A stretch of DNA of 64,000 bases from an uncultured Bacteroidales bacterium (GCA_944326265.1 CALVDE010000005.1:28729-92728), one strand, 5' to 3'. Shown: positions 17,738 to 30,124, numbered from the stretch's first letter. Notes: generated from the sequence alone by a model not told the origin. Program-made: numbers and translations.

Positions 17738-18355
17738 CTACAGCAGCCCGGCCTTCTCAAAGACTTCATTTATGGACGGATAGGTCTGTCCGGCGTATTC
17801 TCCGATTTTCCCGGCCGGTACCCATGCTGTTTGTGTGATTCCCTCTTCGGTCTGGGGCTTGGTGACTACGTCGCTGCGGACACTCATAGAGTACCAGTAG
17901 GTGTGCTTGAGCACGAACTGTCCGTCCCGGTGATATGTGTGGTCTGTGACGCATATCAGTTCTCCAAGATCCGGGGCAGGGATTCCGCATTCCTCCATGA
18001 CCTCTCTGACCGCATTCTCGGCTGTGCTCTCGCCTTTCTCCCGTTTTCCTTTGGGCAGGTCCCACAGACCGTTTCGGAATATCAGCAGATACTGCCCTCT
18101 GTCATTGCCGACAAGTCCTCCGGCGGCATCCACTTCCGTAAAGAGCTTCCTGAGCCTGCCGTATGTGGACTCGGGGTTGTCGCATAAGATATAGAGTCTG
18201 GAGATTCCGGAGCCGGAGTCCATGGTACTGACCGCCTCCTCAAGGACGGCATCGCAGCCGTGGTCAATGACGATGACAGCCTCGGGGTCTTTTTCCGCCT
18301 GCTCTCCTTCCCGGCAGAGAATCAGGGCGCGCTGGTTGAAGAAAATTGTTTTCAT
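17738..18355 (-). CDS. NUDIX hydrolase
   Basis: Nudix box GKREKGESTAENAVREVMEECGI. Confidence 0.85.
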   Translation of the reverse strand: MKTIFFNQRALILCREGEQAEKDPEAVIVIDHGCDAVLEEAVSTMDSGSGISRLYILCDNPESTYGRLRKLFTEVDAAGGLVGNDRGQYLLIFRNGLWDLPKGKREKGESTAENAVREVMEECGIPAPDLGELICVTDHTYHRDGQFVLKHTYWYSMSVRSDVVTKPQTEEGITQTAWVPAGKIGEYAGQTYPSINEVFEKAGLL

Positions 18356-18411
18356 ACCGCAAAATTAAGAATAAATGCCTATATTAGTCCCGTATAATAA
18401 ATATCAGTGTT

Positions 18412-18573
18412 ATGAAAAAGTACAGATGCACGGTATGCGGGTGGGTCTATGATCCCGCAGCGGGGGATCCTGATAACGGGATAGCCCCTGGAACGGCTTT
18501 CGAGGACCTTCCGGCAGACTGGACCTGTCCTCTCTGCGGAGTGGGCAAGGAAGACTTCGAGCTTGTAGATTAA
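18412..18573 (+). CDS. Rubredoxin (53 aa)
   Basis: Not in the ORF track because it is shorter than 60 aa. Hand translation is [53 protein letters not shown], with both CxxCG iron-binding knuckles. Confidence 0.9.
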   Translation: MKKYRCTVCGWVYDPAAGDPDNGIAPGTAFEDLPADWTCPLCGVGKEDFELVD

Positions 18574-19935
<1,362 letters not shown>

Positions 19936-19960
19936 TCCTGTATTTCACATACATGAGCAG

Positions 19961-19990
19961 AAGCCGGTTCATTCAGGACCGGCTTTTTGT
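19961..19990 (+). terminator. Rho-independent terminator after eno
   Basis: Stem AAGCCGGT/ACCGGCTT followed by TTTTT. Confidence 0.8.
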
Positions 19991-20053
19991 TTACTCGGAT
20001 AAATTTCTTATTTTTGCAGAAAGCTTTTGAGGTAATTTATTAATATCTAAAGT

Positions 20054-21358
20054 ATGTATAAGGACCTGCATTTCGTAAGTGCGGACGAGGCCGTAAAAGT
20101 GGTGAAGTCCGGTGACCATATTCATTTCAGCAGTGTCTCAGCTGCTCCTAAGGTACTTATCGAAGCACTCTGCCGTAGGGGAGATGCCGGAGAACTCAAG
20201 GACGTGAGGATTCATCATCTTCATACGGAAGGGCATGCCCCGTACACCGATGCAAGATACGAGGGAATATTCTTCCATCAGGCATTTTTCGTGGGAGGGA
20301 ATGTGCGTAAAAGCGTGCAGGCCGGATATGCGGACTATATCCCGGTCTTTCTGAGCGAGACCCAGAAGCTGTACAGGAGCGGAGTGCTGCCCTGTGATGT
20401 GGCGATGGTCCAGGTTTCCCCTCCGGACAGGCACGGGTATGTGTCCATGGGTACTTCTGTGGATGCCTCTCTTGCGGCTGTCGAGTGCGCCAGGCATGTT
20501 ATAGCCGTAGTCAACAAGTATATGCCGCGTGTCTGGGGAGATGCCGTCATTCCCGTGTCGATGATTGATACTTTCGTGGAATGTGATTCCAGGCTGGAGC
20601 CGGCTCATTTTTCCGAGCCTTCGCCGACGGAGGCCGCAATAGGACGTAACTGCGCTGAGCTCATCGAGGACGGAGCTACACTGCAGATGGGCATCGGGGC
20701 AATTCCCAATGCCGTTCTTTCCCAGCTTGGAAATCACAGGAATCTCGGCATACATACGGAGATGTTTGCGGACGGAGTGCTGTCCCTCGTGGAGAAAGGG
20801 GTGGTCAACGGCCGGGAGAAGAATATAGACAGAGGAAAGATGGTGTCGACATTCCTCATGGGGTCGCAGCAGGTATATGATTTTGTGGATGACAATCCGA
20901 TGGTGGCCATGATGGATGTCGGATATACCAATGATCCGTACATCATAGCAAAGAATCCCAAGGTTACGGCCATAAACTCGGCCCTGCAGGTTGACATTAC
21001 AGGTCAGGTGTGCGCCGACTCGATAGGCACCAAATTCTATTCAGGAGTGGGCGGTCAGATAGATTTCATATACGGGGCATCTCTGTCACGGGGAGGCAAG
21101 GCGATAATTGCGATGCCTTCGGTCACCAACAAGGGAATAAGCAAGATTGCTCCTGTCCTGAAGCCTGGTGCCGGAGTAGTCACCACACGTAATCACATAC
21201 ACTGGCTGGTAACCGAATACGGAGCCGTCAACCTGTATGGGAAGTCCCTGCAGGAAAGGGCAAAGGCCATTATCAGCATTGCGCATCCTGATCACAGGGA
21301 AGAACTGGACAGGGCGGCTTTTGAACGTTTCGGACCTCACTATCACTTTGTCGGCTGA
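20054..21358 (+). CDS. Acetyl-CoA hydrolase/transferase family protein (4-hydroxybutyrate / butyryl-CoA:acetate CoA-transferase-like)
   Basis: The 434-aa product has VKSGDHIHFSSVSAAP...LQMGIGAIPNAVL...SGVGGQIDF, typical of this family. Confidence 0.85.
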   Translation: MYKDLHFVSADEAVKVVKSGDHIHFSSVSAAPKVLIEALCRRGDAGELKDVRIHHLHTEGHAPYTDARYEGIFFHQAFFVGGNVRKSVQAGYADYIPVFLSETQKLYRSGVLPCDVAMVQVSPPDRHGYVSMGTSVDASLAAVECARHVIAVVNKYMPRVWGDAVIPVSMIDTFVECDSRLEPAHFSEPSPTEAAIGRNCAELIEDGATLQMGIGAIPNAVLSQLGNHRNLGIHTEMFADGVLSLVEKGVVNGREKNIDRGKMVSTFLMGSQQVYDFVDDNPMVAMMDVGYTNDPYIIAKNPKVTAINSALQVDITGQVCADSIGTKFYSGVGGQIDFIYGASLSRGGKAIIAMPSVTNKGISKIAPVLKPGAGVVTTRNHIHWLVTEYGAVNLYGKSLQERAKAIISIAHPDHREELDRAAFERFGPHYHFVG

Positions 21359-21381
21359 GACTATGCCGGTCGGAAGAACAA

Positions 21382-21418
21382 ACAGAGGGTTGCTAGGCAA
21401 ATCTTAGCAACCCTCTGT
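21382..21418. terminator. Bidirectional hairpin (14-bp stem ACAGAGGGTTGCTA/TAGCAACCCTCTGT)
   Basis: Perfect inverted repeat between the convergent CoA-transferase gene and tRNA-Lys. Confidence 0.75.
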
Positions 21419-21421
21419 CTG

Positions 21422-21494
21422 TGATCTGCTTGGGGCTCGAACCCAAGACCCCAACATTAAAAGTGTTGTGCTCTACCAACTGAGCTAGCAGATC
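21422..21494 (-). tRNA. tRNA-Lys (TTT)
   Basis: Hand-folded: GATCTGC-TA-GCTC-AGTTGGTA-GAGC-A-CAACA-CTTTTAA-TGTTG-GGGTC-TTGGG-TTCGAGC-CCCAA-GCAGATC-A. Confidence 0.9.
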
Positions 21495-21506
21495 ATAATC
21501 GGACGG

Positions 21507-21514
21507 CAAAAGTA
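21507..21514 (-). promoter_or_regulatory. -7 box TACTTTTG for tRNA-Lys
   Basis: The reverse complement of CAAAAGTA lies ~13 nt upstream of the tRNA 5' end. Confidence 0.55.
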
Positions 21515-21568
21515 AGTAAAAAGTTTCAATGCTCAAAATATTTGTGGGCTTTTGCATATTTTTGCGAC

Positions 21569-22405
21569 ATGGAACAATTTCAACAGGAGATTGCGGAATT
21601 TTTGCGGAGCGGCGGCTGCGAGGTGTCGTGCTCTGTTTCCGGAGGGCTTTCAGTGTTTTCGGTGGCGGTTGCCGGGCTGTCAGTGGTGGCGGTCCCCTTG
21701 AATTTTTTCGCGGATGGAGGTACGGTTGAGGATTTGCGTGAGGTTGAGCGCAGTCTTGCTACCGGGTGCGGCAGGGTATTCCTGTACCAGGACCGCTGGA
21801 TGTCTGCCGGTCCGGCGGTCCGTGCTATGCTTAGAGTGAGAATGGGACAGGGCCTGAGGGTATTTGCGCGGAACTGCGAAGTACGTGCGGTGACCCCGGA
21901 AGCAGCAGCGGCATTTCTTCAGCGCAATCATGTCTATGGCTCGGCGCGTACGCGGTATCGGCTGGGACTCTTCCGGATAAGGTCTACGGGAAGTGCTGAG
22001 ACGGGGATGGATCAGACTCCGGGGATGGTGGCAGTGGCGACTTTTTCGGATGGCAGACTGAGGGAGGACGGTACGGTCTCGTATGAGTGGGTGCGGTATG
22101 CCGGTGTCCGTGGGGTTAGTGTGGTCGGAGGTATGGGCCGTTTGCTTGATGCGTTTGTCGCAACAGTAGGTGACGGCACTCCGATGGATGTGATGACCTA
22201 TGCTGATCTGGAGTGGTACGACGGCCGCTCGTACCGGAGGCTGGGCTTCAGGCCGTGCGGACAGAGGAAACCGGTAGTGTTCCGCTGTATTGACGGGCAG
22301 CGGGTGTGCAGCCGGGATGACGGAAAAGGGGTCGCTCTGCTCAATCTGGGCAGTCTCAAATATGTCCGGAGCTATTGGGATACTGGCTGTACTTCGCGCC
22401 TGTGA
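21569..22405 (+). CDS. GNAT-like acetyltransferase family protein (tentative)
   Basis: GVSVVGGMGRLLDAFV resembles the acetyl-CoA-binding Q/R-x-x-G-x-G/A motif. The start is uncertain: ATG at 21569, while the ORF track starts at TTG 21542. Confidence 0.45.
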   Translation: MEQFQQEIAEFLRSGGCEVSCSVSGGLSVFSVAVAGLSVVAVPLNFFADGGTVEDLREVERSLATGCGRVFLYQDRWMSAGPAVRAMLRVRMGQGLRVFARNCEVRAVTPEAAAAFLQRNHVYGSARTRYRLGLFRIRSTGSAETGMDQTPGMVAVATFSDGRLREDGTVSYEWVRYAGVRGVSVVGGMGRLLDAFVATVGDGTPMDVMTYADLEWYDGRSYRRLGFRPCGQRKPVVFRCIDGQRVCSRDDGKGVALLNLGSLKYVRSYWDTGCTSRL

Positions 22406-24840
22406 CATCCGGATGCGGTGAGGCCCGTTCTGTCGGGGTTGATGTCCACGGTTATGACCGATCCGTGCCTGAGCCCGGAAAGCACAGCTTCTGCCACTGT
22501 GTCTTCCAGATATCTTCTGAGCGCGCGTTTCAGCGGACGGGCACCGTAGGCCGGGTCATAGCCTGCGTTGCACAGGAATTCCTTGGCACGGGATGTCAGC
22601 CTAAGACTGTATCCGGCCTCTGCCGTTCTTCTGTAAAGTTCTGTGAGCTCGATTTCCAGAATCTGTTTCATGTCTTCCTTCGACAGGCTTCTGAAATATA
22701 CCGTCTCATCCAGCCTGTTGAGAAATTCGGGAGTGAATGCCTTGTTGAGGGCCTTGTCTATCAGGTGTTTCTGGTATGAGGTGCTGTCTGATGCCGCCGG
22801 ACTGTATCCGATGCCCCGCCCGAAATCCTTGATCTCCCTGCTGCCTATGTTGGACGTGAGGATTATTACCGTGTTGCGGAAGTCAACCAGATGCCCGTTG
22901 CTGTCGGTCAGCCGTCCTTCGTCCAGAATCTGGAGCAGTATGTTGAATATGTCCTTGTGGGCCTTCTCGATCTCGTCGAGCAGAACGACGCTGTAAGGTT
23001 TCTGCCTGACTCTCTCGCTCAACTGTCCACCCTCGTCGTATCCGACATATCCGGGAGGGGCGCCGATGAGCCGGCTGACGGATATTTTCTCCATGTATTC
23101 GCTCATGTCCAGGCGTATTACCGCATCAGGGGAGTCGAACAGCTGCTCGGCCAGCAGTTTCGCAAGGTGTGTCTTGCCGACTCCAGTAGGACCAAGGAAA
23201 AGGAAAGATCCGACCGGTCTGCCGGGGTCTCTGAGTCCGGCCATGTTGCGGGCTATGGCCCTGACCGTAAGGTCAACAGCCTCGTCCTGTCCGATTACCC
23301 TGTGCATAAGAGCATTTCTGAGACTGCGGATTCGGGATTTGCCCGAGACCCTTATCCTGCCTGTGGGAATGCCTGTCATCGTGGATACTGCGGACAGCAC
23401 GTCATCCACATTGACGCAGGGACGCTTCCTGGAGGCAGCATGCATCTGTCTGCCGGCTGCCTGATGCAGGTCCTGTTCCTGCTCGCGTTCCATTCTCAGA
23501 AGCCGTGCTCCGGTCTCGAAATCCCTTTCTTCCAGCGATGCTCTCTTGGACATGCGGATCTCTTTCAGTCTGTTACCGGCGGATATCATGCTCTCATGGG
23601 GCATGCTGCTTTTGATATGTACGGCCGCTCCTGCCTCGTCCATGACATCTATCGCCTTGTCCGGCAGACTTCTGTCTGTGATGTATCTGACGGACAGGCT
23701 TACACATGCCTGGAGCGCTCCGGCGGTGTATGTCACGTTATGGAATTCCTCGTATTTTTTTCTGAGGCCCTCCAGTATGGAGACGGTCATCTCCTCGGAC
23801 GGCGGACTTACCGTTACTTTCTGGAACCGTCTGGCCAGGGCCCCGTCCTTCTCGATGATTTTTCTGTACTCGTCGCTGGTCGTGGCGCCTATGCACTGGA
23901 TGCTCCCGTTGGACAGGAACGGTTTCATGATTGCCGCAGCGTCAAGTGCACCGCCGGAACCTCCGGCACCCGCAACGGTGTGAATCTCGTCTATGAACAG
24001 GATTGTGTCAGGGTCCTCTTCCGCTGCCTGCAGAATCTTTCTCATCCGTTCCTCGAAGTCTCCCCTGAATCTGGTGCCGGCGACGACGGAGCTGATGTCT
24101 ATGGAGATGATTCTCTTATTCTTCAGGTCAAGCGGTACGTTGCCCGAGGCAATTCTGGCAGCAAGTCCCTCGACTATGGCTGTCTTTCCGACCCCGGGCC
24201 CGCCTACTATCATGGGGCTGTTCTTTTTTCTCCGGCTCAGTATGGCGGCAGTGCGTTCTATCTCGCGGTCGCGGCCGGTTACCGGGTCCAGCAGGCCGTC
24301 TGCGGCAGCTCCGGTCAAGTCGTATCCATATCTTTCGAGTGTCTCTTCCGGACTCTCCTGCATCTCTTCGGGATCTCCGAAGGCACCTTCCTCCATGTCC
24401 TCCGGCATACCGTCCGCCGCTTTTGCCCGGTTGAACAGCATGGGGGAGTCCAGTCCCTGCTCCGAGATTATACTTGCCGTTATGGTATTGTCCTCGGTGA
24501 TTATGACGTTCAGAAAGACCAGCGTGTCGGGGATGCTTTCGGGTGATGAGCGTATTATTGAAGCCGCCTCGCCCGAGAGGTGCTGCAGCTCCTCGCCCGG
24601 ACGTATGAGACCGATGGAGTTGTACGGGACCGCGCATCCAGTGTCTATTCTGTCCAGAATCAGCGACTTTATTCTCGGAAGGGACAGTCCGCATCCGGTC
24701 AGGAACCGGCAGGCCTCATTGTCCTCCTGGCGTATCATGCCCAGGAAAAAGTGCTCTACGGTAATGGTCATCCAGCCTGTCTTGACTGCCTCTTCCCTGG
24801 CATATTGGAATATTTTGTTGACTTTATCGAGTTCTCGCAT
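22372..24840 (-). CDS. clpC: ATP-dependent Clp protease ATP-binding subunit (ClpC/ClpA-type, two AAA+ modules)
   Basis: Clp_N repeat, Walker A motifs GGPGVGKTAIVEGLA and GPTGVGKTHLAKLLA, and the sensor motif GARPLKRAL. Lying divergent from gyrA is typical. Confidence 0.9.
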   Translation of the reverse strand: MRELDKVNKIFQYAREEAVKTGWMTITVEHFFLGMIRQEDNEACRFLTGCGLSLPRIKSLILDRIDTGCAVPYNSIGLIRPGEELQHLSGEAASIIRSSPESIPDTLVFLNVIITEDNTITASIISEQGLDSPMLFNRAKAADGMPEDMEEGAFGDPEEMQESPEETLERYGYDLTGAAADGLLDPVTGRDREIERTAAILSRRKKNSPMIVGGPGVGKTAIVEGLAARIASGNVPLDLKNKRIISIDISSVVAGTRFRGDFEERMRKILQAAEEDPDTILFIDEIHTVAGAGGSGGALDAAAIMKPFLSNGSIQCIGATTSDEYRKIIEKDGALARRFQKVTVSPPSEEMTVSILEGLRKKYEEFHNVTYTAGALQACVSLSVRYITDRSLPDKAIDVMDEAGAAVHIKSSMPHESMISAGNRLKEIRMSKRASLEERDFETGARLLRMEREQEQDLHQAAGRQMHAASRKRPCVNVDDVLSAVSTMTGIPTGRIRVSGKSRIRSLRNALMHRVIGQDEAVDLTVRAIARNMAGLRDPGRPVGSFLFLGPTGVGKTHLAKLLAEQLFDSPDAVIRLDMSEYMEKISVSRLIGAPPGYVGYDEGGQLSERVRQKPYSVVLLDEIEKAHKDIFNILLQILDEGRLTDSNGHLVDFRNTVIILTSNIGSREIKDFGRGIGYSPAASDSTSYQKHLIDKALNKAFTPEFLNRLDETVYFRSLSKEDMKQILEIELTELYRRTAEAGYSLRLTSRAKEFLCNAGYDPAYGARPLKRALRRYLEDTVAEAVLSGLRHGSVITVDINPDRTGLTASGCHRREVQPVSQ

Positions 24841-24951
24841 CGGCTCTTGTATTTCAAAGCCCTAAAATAATCATATTTTGCATAAATTTAACTCTTGTAG
24901 ATAAGAAAATAATTAGTATTTTAGCATTTTGTTTTGGAAATAAGTGAAAAG

Positions 24952-27453
24952 ATGGAAAATGAAGAAATAAACCAGCAGGGCAGGATAGTGCAGGTCGATA
25001 TCGAGACGGAGATGAAGACCGCGTATATCGATTACTCGATGTCCGTGATAGTGGCGCGTGCCCTGCCTGATGTAAGAGACGGTCTGAAACCTGTACACCG
25101 CAGGGTTCTTTATGGAATGAACGGTCTGGGCCTGACTTCGGGAGGACAGCATAAGAAGTCCGCGCGTATCGTGGGAGAGGTGATGGGTAAGTATCATCCC
25201 CACGGAGATTCAAGTATCTATGATGCGATGGTGCGTATGGCTCAGGAGTGGAGCATGAGGTACATGCTTGTGGACGGTCAGGGTAACTTCGGATCTGTCG
25301 ACGGTGATCCTCCTGCCGCACAGCGTTATACAGAGGCCCGTTTCCGCAGGCTTGCGGAGGAGTGTCTGGAGGACCTGGACAAGGATACTGTGGATTTCGT
25401 TCCCAATTTTGACGAGACTCTCAAGGAGCCTGTAGTGCTGCCGTCCAAGGCCCCCCTGCTGCTTCTCAACGGTTCGTCCGGTATCGCGGTAGGTATGGCC
25501 ACCAATATGGCCCCGCACAATCTGGGAGAGGTCGCAGATGCCATATGCGCGTATATCGACAACAATGACATCACTGTCGACGAGCTCATGCACTATATCA
25601 AAGGACCGGATTTCCCTACGGGAGGCATCATCCAGGGCATTTCCGGAATACGGGACGCTTTCGAGACAGGCCGTGGCCGCATCGTGGTCCGCTCCAAGAC
25701 GGAGATCGAGGTGCAGCCTTCGGGCAGGGAGGTGATAGTGGTTACGGAGATACCCTATATGGTCAACAAGAAGGAGATGATAGAGGGTATCGCAAGGCTT
25801 GTCGAGGAGAAGAAGATAGACGGAATAGCATACATCAACGACGAGAGTGACCACAAGGGAATGCGCGTTGTCATCAAGCTTAAGATGGGCGCGGTGTCCA
25901 GTGTCGTGCTCAATACGCTGTTCAAGCTGTCCTCGCTTCAGTCCAGCTTCTCGGTCAATAACGTGGTGCTGGTGGACGGCCGTCCGCGTCTGCTCAATCT
26001 CAAGCAGCTTATCAAGTACTTCGTGCGTCACCGTCACAATGTCGTGGTGCGCAGGGCGCAGTTCAACCTCAATGAGGCACGCCGGAAGGAACATATTCTG
26101 GCCGGTCTGCTGAAGGCGATAGATATCATCGACGAGGTGATTGCCCTGATACGTGCTTCGAGAAGCCGTCAGGATGCGCGGGACGGTCTGTGCGCGCAGT
26201 TCGGCTTTACGGAGATACAGGCAGGGGCCATTGTGGAGATGAGGCTCGGACAGCTGACCGGCATGGACCGCGAGAAGCTGCGTGCTGATTATGATGAGGT
26301 TATCAGGCTCATAGAGGAACTTACTGCATTTCTGGCCGATGAGTCGCTTCAGTACGGCCTCATCAAGAAGGAGACCATGGAGCTGAAGGAGAAGTACGGT
26401 GATCCGCGCAGGACCGAGATTGTGCCTTCGGCCGATGAGTTCAATCCGGAGGATTTCTATGCGGATGAGGATGTGGTCATAACGATATCCCATTCCGGCT
26501 ATATTAAGAGGACTCCGTTGTCCGAGTACCGCCTGCAGAACCGTGGAGGAGTAGGCTCGAAAGGCAGCACTACCAAGGAAGAGGACTTCATTGAGCACAT
26601 ATATGTGGCCAATACTCACAGCACCATGCTGTTCTTTACCGACAAGGGCAAGTGCTACTGGCTGAAAGTCTACGAGATTCCCGAGGGGACCAAGACATCC
26701 AAGGGACGGGCCATACAGAACATCATCAACATAGAGCCGGACGACCATGTGTGCGCTTATCTCAATGTCGGCAATCTCAATGATACAGATTACATCAACA
26801 GTCACTACATCGTTCTGGCCACCAGGCGCGGCACGATAAAGAAGACTCTGCTCGAGGCATATTCGCGTCCACGTCAGAAAGGAGTCAATGCAATTACCAT
26901 AAAGGAGGGCGACAGTCTGCTCGAGGCTGTGCTCACCGACGGGGACAATGACATACTTCTTGCGGCCAGGAAAGGCAAATGCGTCCGTTTCCACGAGTCG
27001 GATGCCCGTTCTATCGGACGTACTGCTGCTGGTGTCAGGGGTATCAGCATAGAGGATGACGATGAGGTGGTAGGCATGGTCTGCGCCAGGACGGATGCGG
27101 ATTATCTGGAATCGCACCATATAATGGTGGTCAGTGAGAACGGTTTCGGAAAACGCTCGTCGCTTGAGGACTACAGGACGACCAGCCGTGGCGCCAAAGG
27201 AGTGAAGACCATCAATATCACAGACAAGACAGGCGACCTGATAGCGATCAAGATGGTGTCGGATGACAATGACCTTATGATTATCAACAAGTCTGGAATA
27301 ACCATCAGGGTATCCGTCTCCGATATCCGCGTAGCGGGCCGGGCCACTCAGGGTGTCAAGCTCATCAATCTCCGCGAGGGCGATACCATCGCTGCTGTGT
27401 GCGTTGTCAATAAAAGCGATGACAAGCTGCAGGAAAATGAGGAAGAATTATAA
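24952..27453 (+). CDS. gyrA: DNA gyrase subunit A
   Basis: [30 protein letters not shown]...[17 protein letters not shown]. The ATG at 24952 is preferred over the TTG at 24934 used by the ORF track. Confidence 0.97.
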   Translation: MENEEINQQGRIVQVDIETEMKTAYIDYSMSVIVARALPDVRDGLKPVHRRVLYGMNGLGLTSGGQHKKSARIVGEVMGKYHPHGDSSIYDAMVRMAQEWSMRYMLVDGQGNFGSVDGDPPAAQRYTEARFRRLAEECLEDLDKDTVDFVPNFDETLKEPVVLPSKAPLLLLNGSSGIAVGMATNMAPHNLGEVADAICAYIDNNDITVDELMHYIKGPDFPTGGIIQGISGIRDAFETGRGRIVVRSKTEIEVQPSGREVIVVTEIPYMVNKKEMIEGIARLVEEKKIDGIAYINDESDHKGMRVVIKLKMGAVSSVVLNTLFKLSSLQSSFSVNNVVLVDGRPRLLNLKQLIKYFVRHRHNVVVRRAQFNLNEARRKEHILAGLLKAIDIIDEVIALIRASRSRQDARDGLCAQFGFTEIQAGAIVEMRLGQLTGMDREKLRADYDEVIRLIEELTAFLADESLQYGLIKKETMELKEKYGDPRRTEIVPSADEFNPEDFYADEDVVITISHSGYIKRTPLSEYRLQNRGGVGSKGSTTKEEDFIEHIYVANTHSTMLFFTDKGKCYWLKVYEIPEGTKTSKGRAIQNIINIEPDDHVCAYLNVGNLNDTDYINSHYIVLATRRGTIKKTLLEAYSRPRQKGVNAITIKEGDSLLEAVLTDGDNDILLAARKGKCVRFHESDARSIGRTAAGVRGISIEDDDEVVGMVCARTDADYLESHHIMVVSENGFGKRSSLEDYRTTSRGAKGVKTINITDKTGDLIAIKMVSDDNDLMIINKSGITIRVSVSDIRVAGRATQGVKLINLREGDTIAAVCVVNKSDDKLQENEEEL

Positions 27454-27495
27454 TTAACACAAATAAACAAGGAACAAACTTTATTAAACGCAATC

Positions 27496-28818
27496 ATGAG
27501 AAAGATTTTATTGACAGTTGCCATGCTGGCAGTCGCCGTCGCTGCTGGGGCACAGAACAAAGATCAGCTGCTTTCAAGCATCAGCAAGGCTCAGGCTGCT
27601 ACTCAGAATGAGAAGAAAGCGACTAATCCCAATACATGGATCAAGTACGGTGATGTATTGAAGAACGCATACGTGAGCCTTTTCGGTGATGCCAGGGTGG
27701 GCTGGGGACCCAACGAGGTCATGCTTTTCAATACCCAGGCACCCCTCTCCCAGGAGGAGGTTGTAAAGAACGGAACAAGCTATGTGGTCATGCATTATGA
27801 GTTCAGGGACCTCTATCTCAATGCTCAGACAGGTGTTCTGGAGGCTGTAATCATTACTAAGCCTATCTCGGAGCAGGATCTGCTCGAGGATGCCAAGGCT
27901 GCATATCTGCATGCTGCCGAGCTTGATGTCAAGGGCTCCAAGTCCAAAGCACTCACCGACAAGCTCCTTGATCTCAGGGACAGGTTCGTGGAGCAGGCTT
28001 CCAGCTATTACATGACCGGGGACATGAAGAATGCCGCCAAGTATTTCGAGGGCTCGCTCTCTTGCTCGGAGAATTCTGTGGTCAATCAGATTGACAGCAT
28101 GATGGTATACAACTCCGCTCTTATGTACGGTGCTATAGGCGATCTGGAAAAAGCCAAGAAATATTATCAGCAGTGTGTGGACCTCGATTATGGAATGGAC
28201 GGAGAGGTCTATGCGGCTCTTGCCGAGATCCTCAAGAGCGAGGGTGATTTTGACGGTGCCAAGAATTGCCTGAACGAGGCCGTTCAGAAATACCCTTCCA
28301 GCCAGTCAGTCCTGGTGTCCCTGATCAACCTTTATATCGACACAAAGGACGATCCCAACAAGATTCTCGACCTCATCAAGTCAGCTCAGGCCAATGAGCC
28401 GGATAATGCCTCCCTGGTATACGCCGAGGGTAATGTGTATGCCGGAATCGGTAATCCTGAGAAGGCCATCGAATGCTACTATAAGTCGTTCGAGATGGAT
28501 CCCACTTATGCATTCGGCATATATGCCGTAGGTGATACATACGTGATTATGGCCAACAGCGTGGCTGAGGCTATGGATAAGGTGGATCTTGATGATGTAG
28601 AGGGTTACGAGAAACTTCTGGCTGAGTATGAGAGTTACCTCCTTAAGTCCGTGGAGCCTTTCGAGCAGGCGTTCTCTGCAACTGACAATCAGGAGATAAA
28701 GATTGCCGCAGCTTCGTCTCTCAAACAGATTTTCTTCCGTTTCCGCGATAAGGATCCCAAGTACAAGGAGGGCTACGACAAGTATTCCAGCTATCTTAAC
28801 GAGGTGGGAGCCGAGTAG
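27496..28818 (+). CDS. Secreted TPR-repeat protein
   Basis: Signal peptide MRKILLTVAMLAVAVAAGAQ and repeated A..Y...L..D TPR-like helices. The position after gyrA is conserved. Confidence 0.7.
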   Translation: MRKILLTVAMLAVAVAAGAQNKDQLLSSISKAQAATQNEKKATNPNTWIKYGDVLKNAYVSLFGDARVGWGPNEVMLFNTQAPLSQEEVVKNGTSYVVMHYEFRDLYLNAQTGVLEAVIITKPISEQDLLEDAKAAYLHAAELDVKGSKSKALTDKLLDLRDRFVEQASSYYMTGDMKNAAKYFEGSLSCSENSVVNQIDSMMVYNSALMYGAIGDLEKAKKYYQQCVDLDYGMDGEVYAALAEILKSEGDFDGAKNCLNEAVQKYPSSQSVLVSLINLYIDTKDDPNKILDLIKSAQANEPDNASLVYAEGNVYAGIGNPEKAIECYYKSFEMDPTYAFGIYAVGDTYVIMANSVAEAMDKVDLDDVEGYEKLLAEYESYLLKSVEPFEQAFSATDNQEIKIAAASSLKQIFFRFRDKDPKYKEGYDKYSSYLNEVGAE

Positions 28819-28846
28819 TTCTGTTTCCCGAAGATAATTATACAGG

Positions 28847-28882
28847 AAGCCTGCTCCGGTTGATTTCCGGGCAGGCTTTTGT
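28847..28882 (+). terminator. Rho-independent terminator
   Basis: Stem AAGCCTGC/GCAGGCTT followed by TTTTG. Confidence 0.8.
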
Positions 28883-28899
28883 TATGTGTATTTCCGGTG

Positions 28900-30015
28900 T
28901 TATCTGGTCTTGATGCCCCGTGTCAGCCGCTGTACTAGTTTTGAGCCGGACAGGAATTCGCTTGCTATGACTCTGATTACTGTGTAGGCCGGCACAGCGA
29001 TGAGAATGCCGAAAATTCCTCCGATCTGACCGGCCATCAGTATGACGATGAATATCTCCAGAGGATGGGCCTTAACGCTGTTGGAGTAGATGAGAGGCTG
29101 GAAGACGTAGTTGTCGATGAACTGAGTGATGATGAAGATAGCCAGGATGATGAGCAGGAACAGCAGCAGCGGCATCTCCACACCGTTGTTGATGTGGTAT
29201 ATAAGTCCCATGAGTACGGCCAGGATATCTCCGATGAGCGGTCCCAGATAGGGGATGATGTTGAGTATGCCGGATGCGAAGGCCACAACGATGGCCAGTC
29301 TGGCGTCAACTTTGGCTATGAATATCAGTCCGATGCTGTTTAGTGCGGCAACGAACAGCGACTCAAGGGATATTCCGACGAAATATCGGGACAGGAGGGT
29401 GTTGATTGACTTGACGGCCCTGCGTGTCTGCTCTTCGTATTTGTCAGGGACGATGGTGGCAAGGGTGTCGGATATGAGCCCGTTCTCCATCAGCAGGAAG
29501 AAGGCTATGAACACTATTGAGAATACAGCCACACCGAAGTCTGCTATGAATGAGGCCATGGACACCAGTATTCCGGAGAAAGTGTTTATGTTGACGAAGT
29601 CCTTTATGTAGTCGAACAGGTACACCTCGATGCGAAAGCCGGGGTCGGTGGACGGCAGGGACCTGACGATGAATTCATTGATTTTTTCCAAAGGTTCATG
29701 GAGACGGGCACTTACACCGCTGATGTTCATGTTGTTGACCAGCTGGACAAATTCTCCGACCATCGGTGCCAGAAGCAGGAAGATGGACAGGCATACGCAG
29801 ATAATCAGGGCCAGGGTGAGACCGGCTGCCAGCCAGCGCGGAAAGTGGAATTTCTTGAACTGTATGTTTGTCAAGGCGCGGACAACGGGCTTGCCTATGA
29901 GTGAGACAACGATAGCTGCAGCTATGTACAGCAGGACGGTCCTGAAATACCAGCCCAGGAAAAGAGCAAGTGCTGTGGCGGCGGTGATGATGATGTATCT
30001 GGCCAGTTTGTCCAT
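28900..30015 (-). CDS. AI-2E family transporter (PerM/UPF0118-like permease)
   Basis: A multi-TM protein, MDKLARYIIITAATALALFLGWYF...IIPYLGPLIGDILAV. The ATG at 30015 is preferred over the extended ORF-track start at 30171. Confidence 0.75.
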   Translation of the reverse strand: MDKLARYIIITAATALALFLGWYFRTVLLYIAAAIVVSLIGKPVVRALTNIQFKKFHFPRWLAAGLTLALIICVCLSIFLLLAPMVGEFVQLVNNMNISGVSARLHEPLEKINEFIVRSLPSTDPGFRIEVYLFDYIKDFVNINTFSGILVSMASFIADFGVAVFSIVFIAFFLLMENGLISDTLATIVPDKYEEQTRRAVKSINTLLSRYFVGISLESLFVAALNSIGLIFIAKVDARLAIVVAFASGILNIIPYLGPLIGDILAVLMGLIYHINNGVEMPLLLFLLIILAIFIITQFIDNYVFQPLIYSNSVKAHPLEIFIVILMAGQIGGIFGILIAVPAYTVIRVIASEFLSGSKLVQRLTRGIKTR

Positions 30016-30065
30016 ATCTGTCGGTTTTGTTGTGCTTGGACAGCAAATATAGTAAAGATAGGCGG

Positions 30066-30103
30066 AAAATAAAAAGTTCCGGCAGACAGCAGTCTGTCGG
30101 AAC
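30066..30103 (-). terminator. Rho-independent terminator of the RRM gene
   Basis: Stem GTTCCGGCAGAC/GTCTGTCGGAAC (one mismatch) with a U-rich tail on the minus strand. Confidence 0.7.
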
Positions 30104-30124
30104 GCGATGTGTCTAAAAGAGCCG

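Noticed and set aside
25210-27120. 636-aa ORF antisense to gyrA (and likewise 22891..24546, 551 aa, antisense to clpC)
   Set aside because: The opposite strand encodes unmistakable GyrA/ClpC sequence. The antisense translations are low-complexity (V/L/G/H-rich) with no motifs. This is a typical shadow ORF produced by codon bias.
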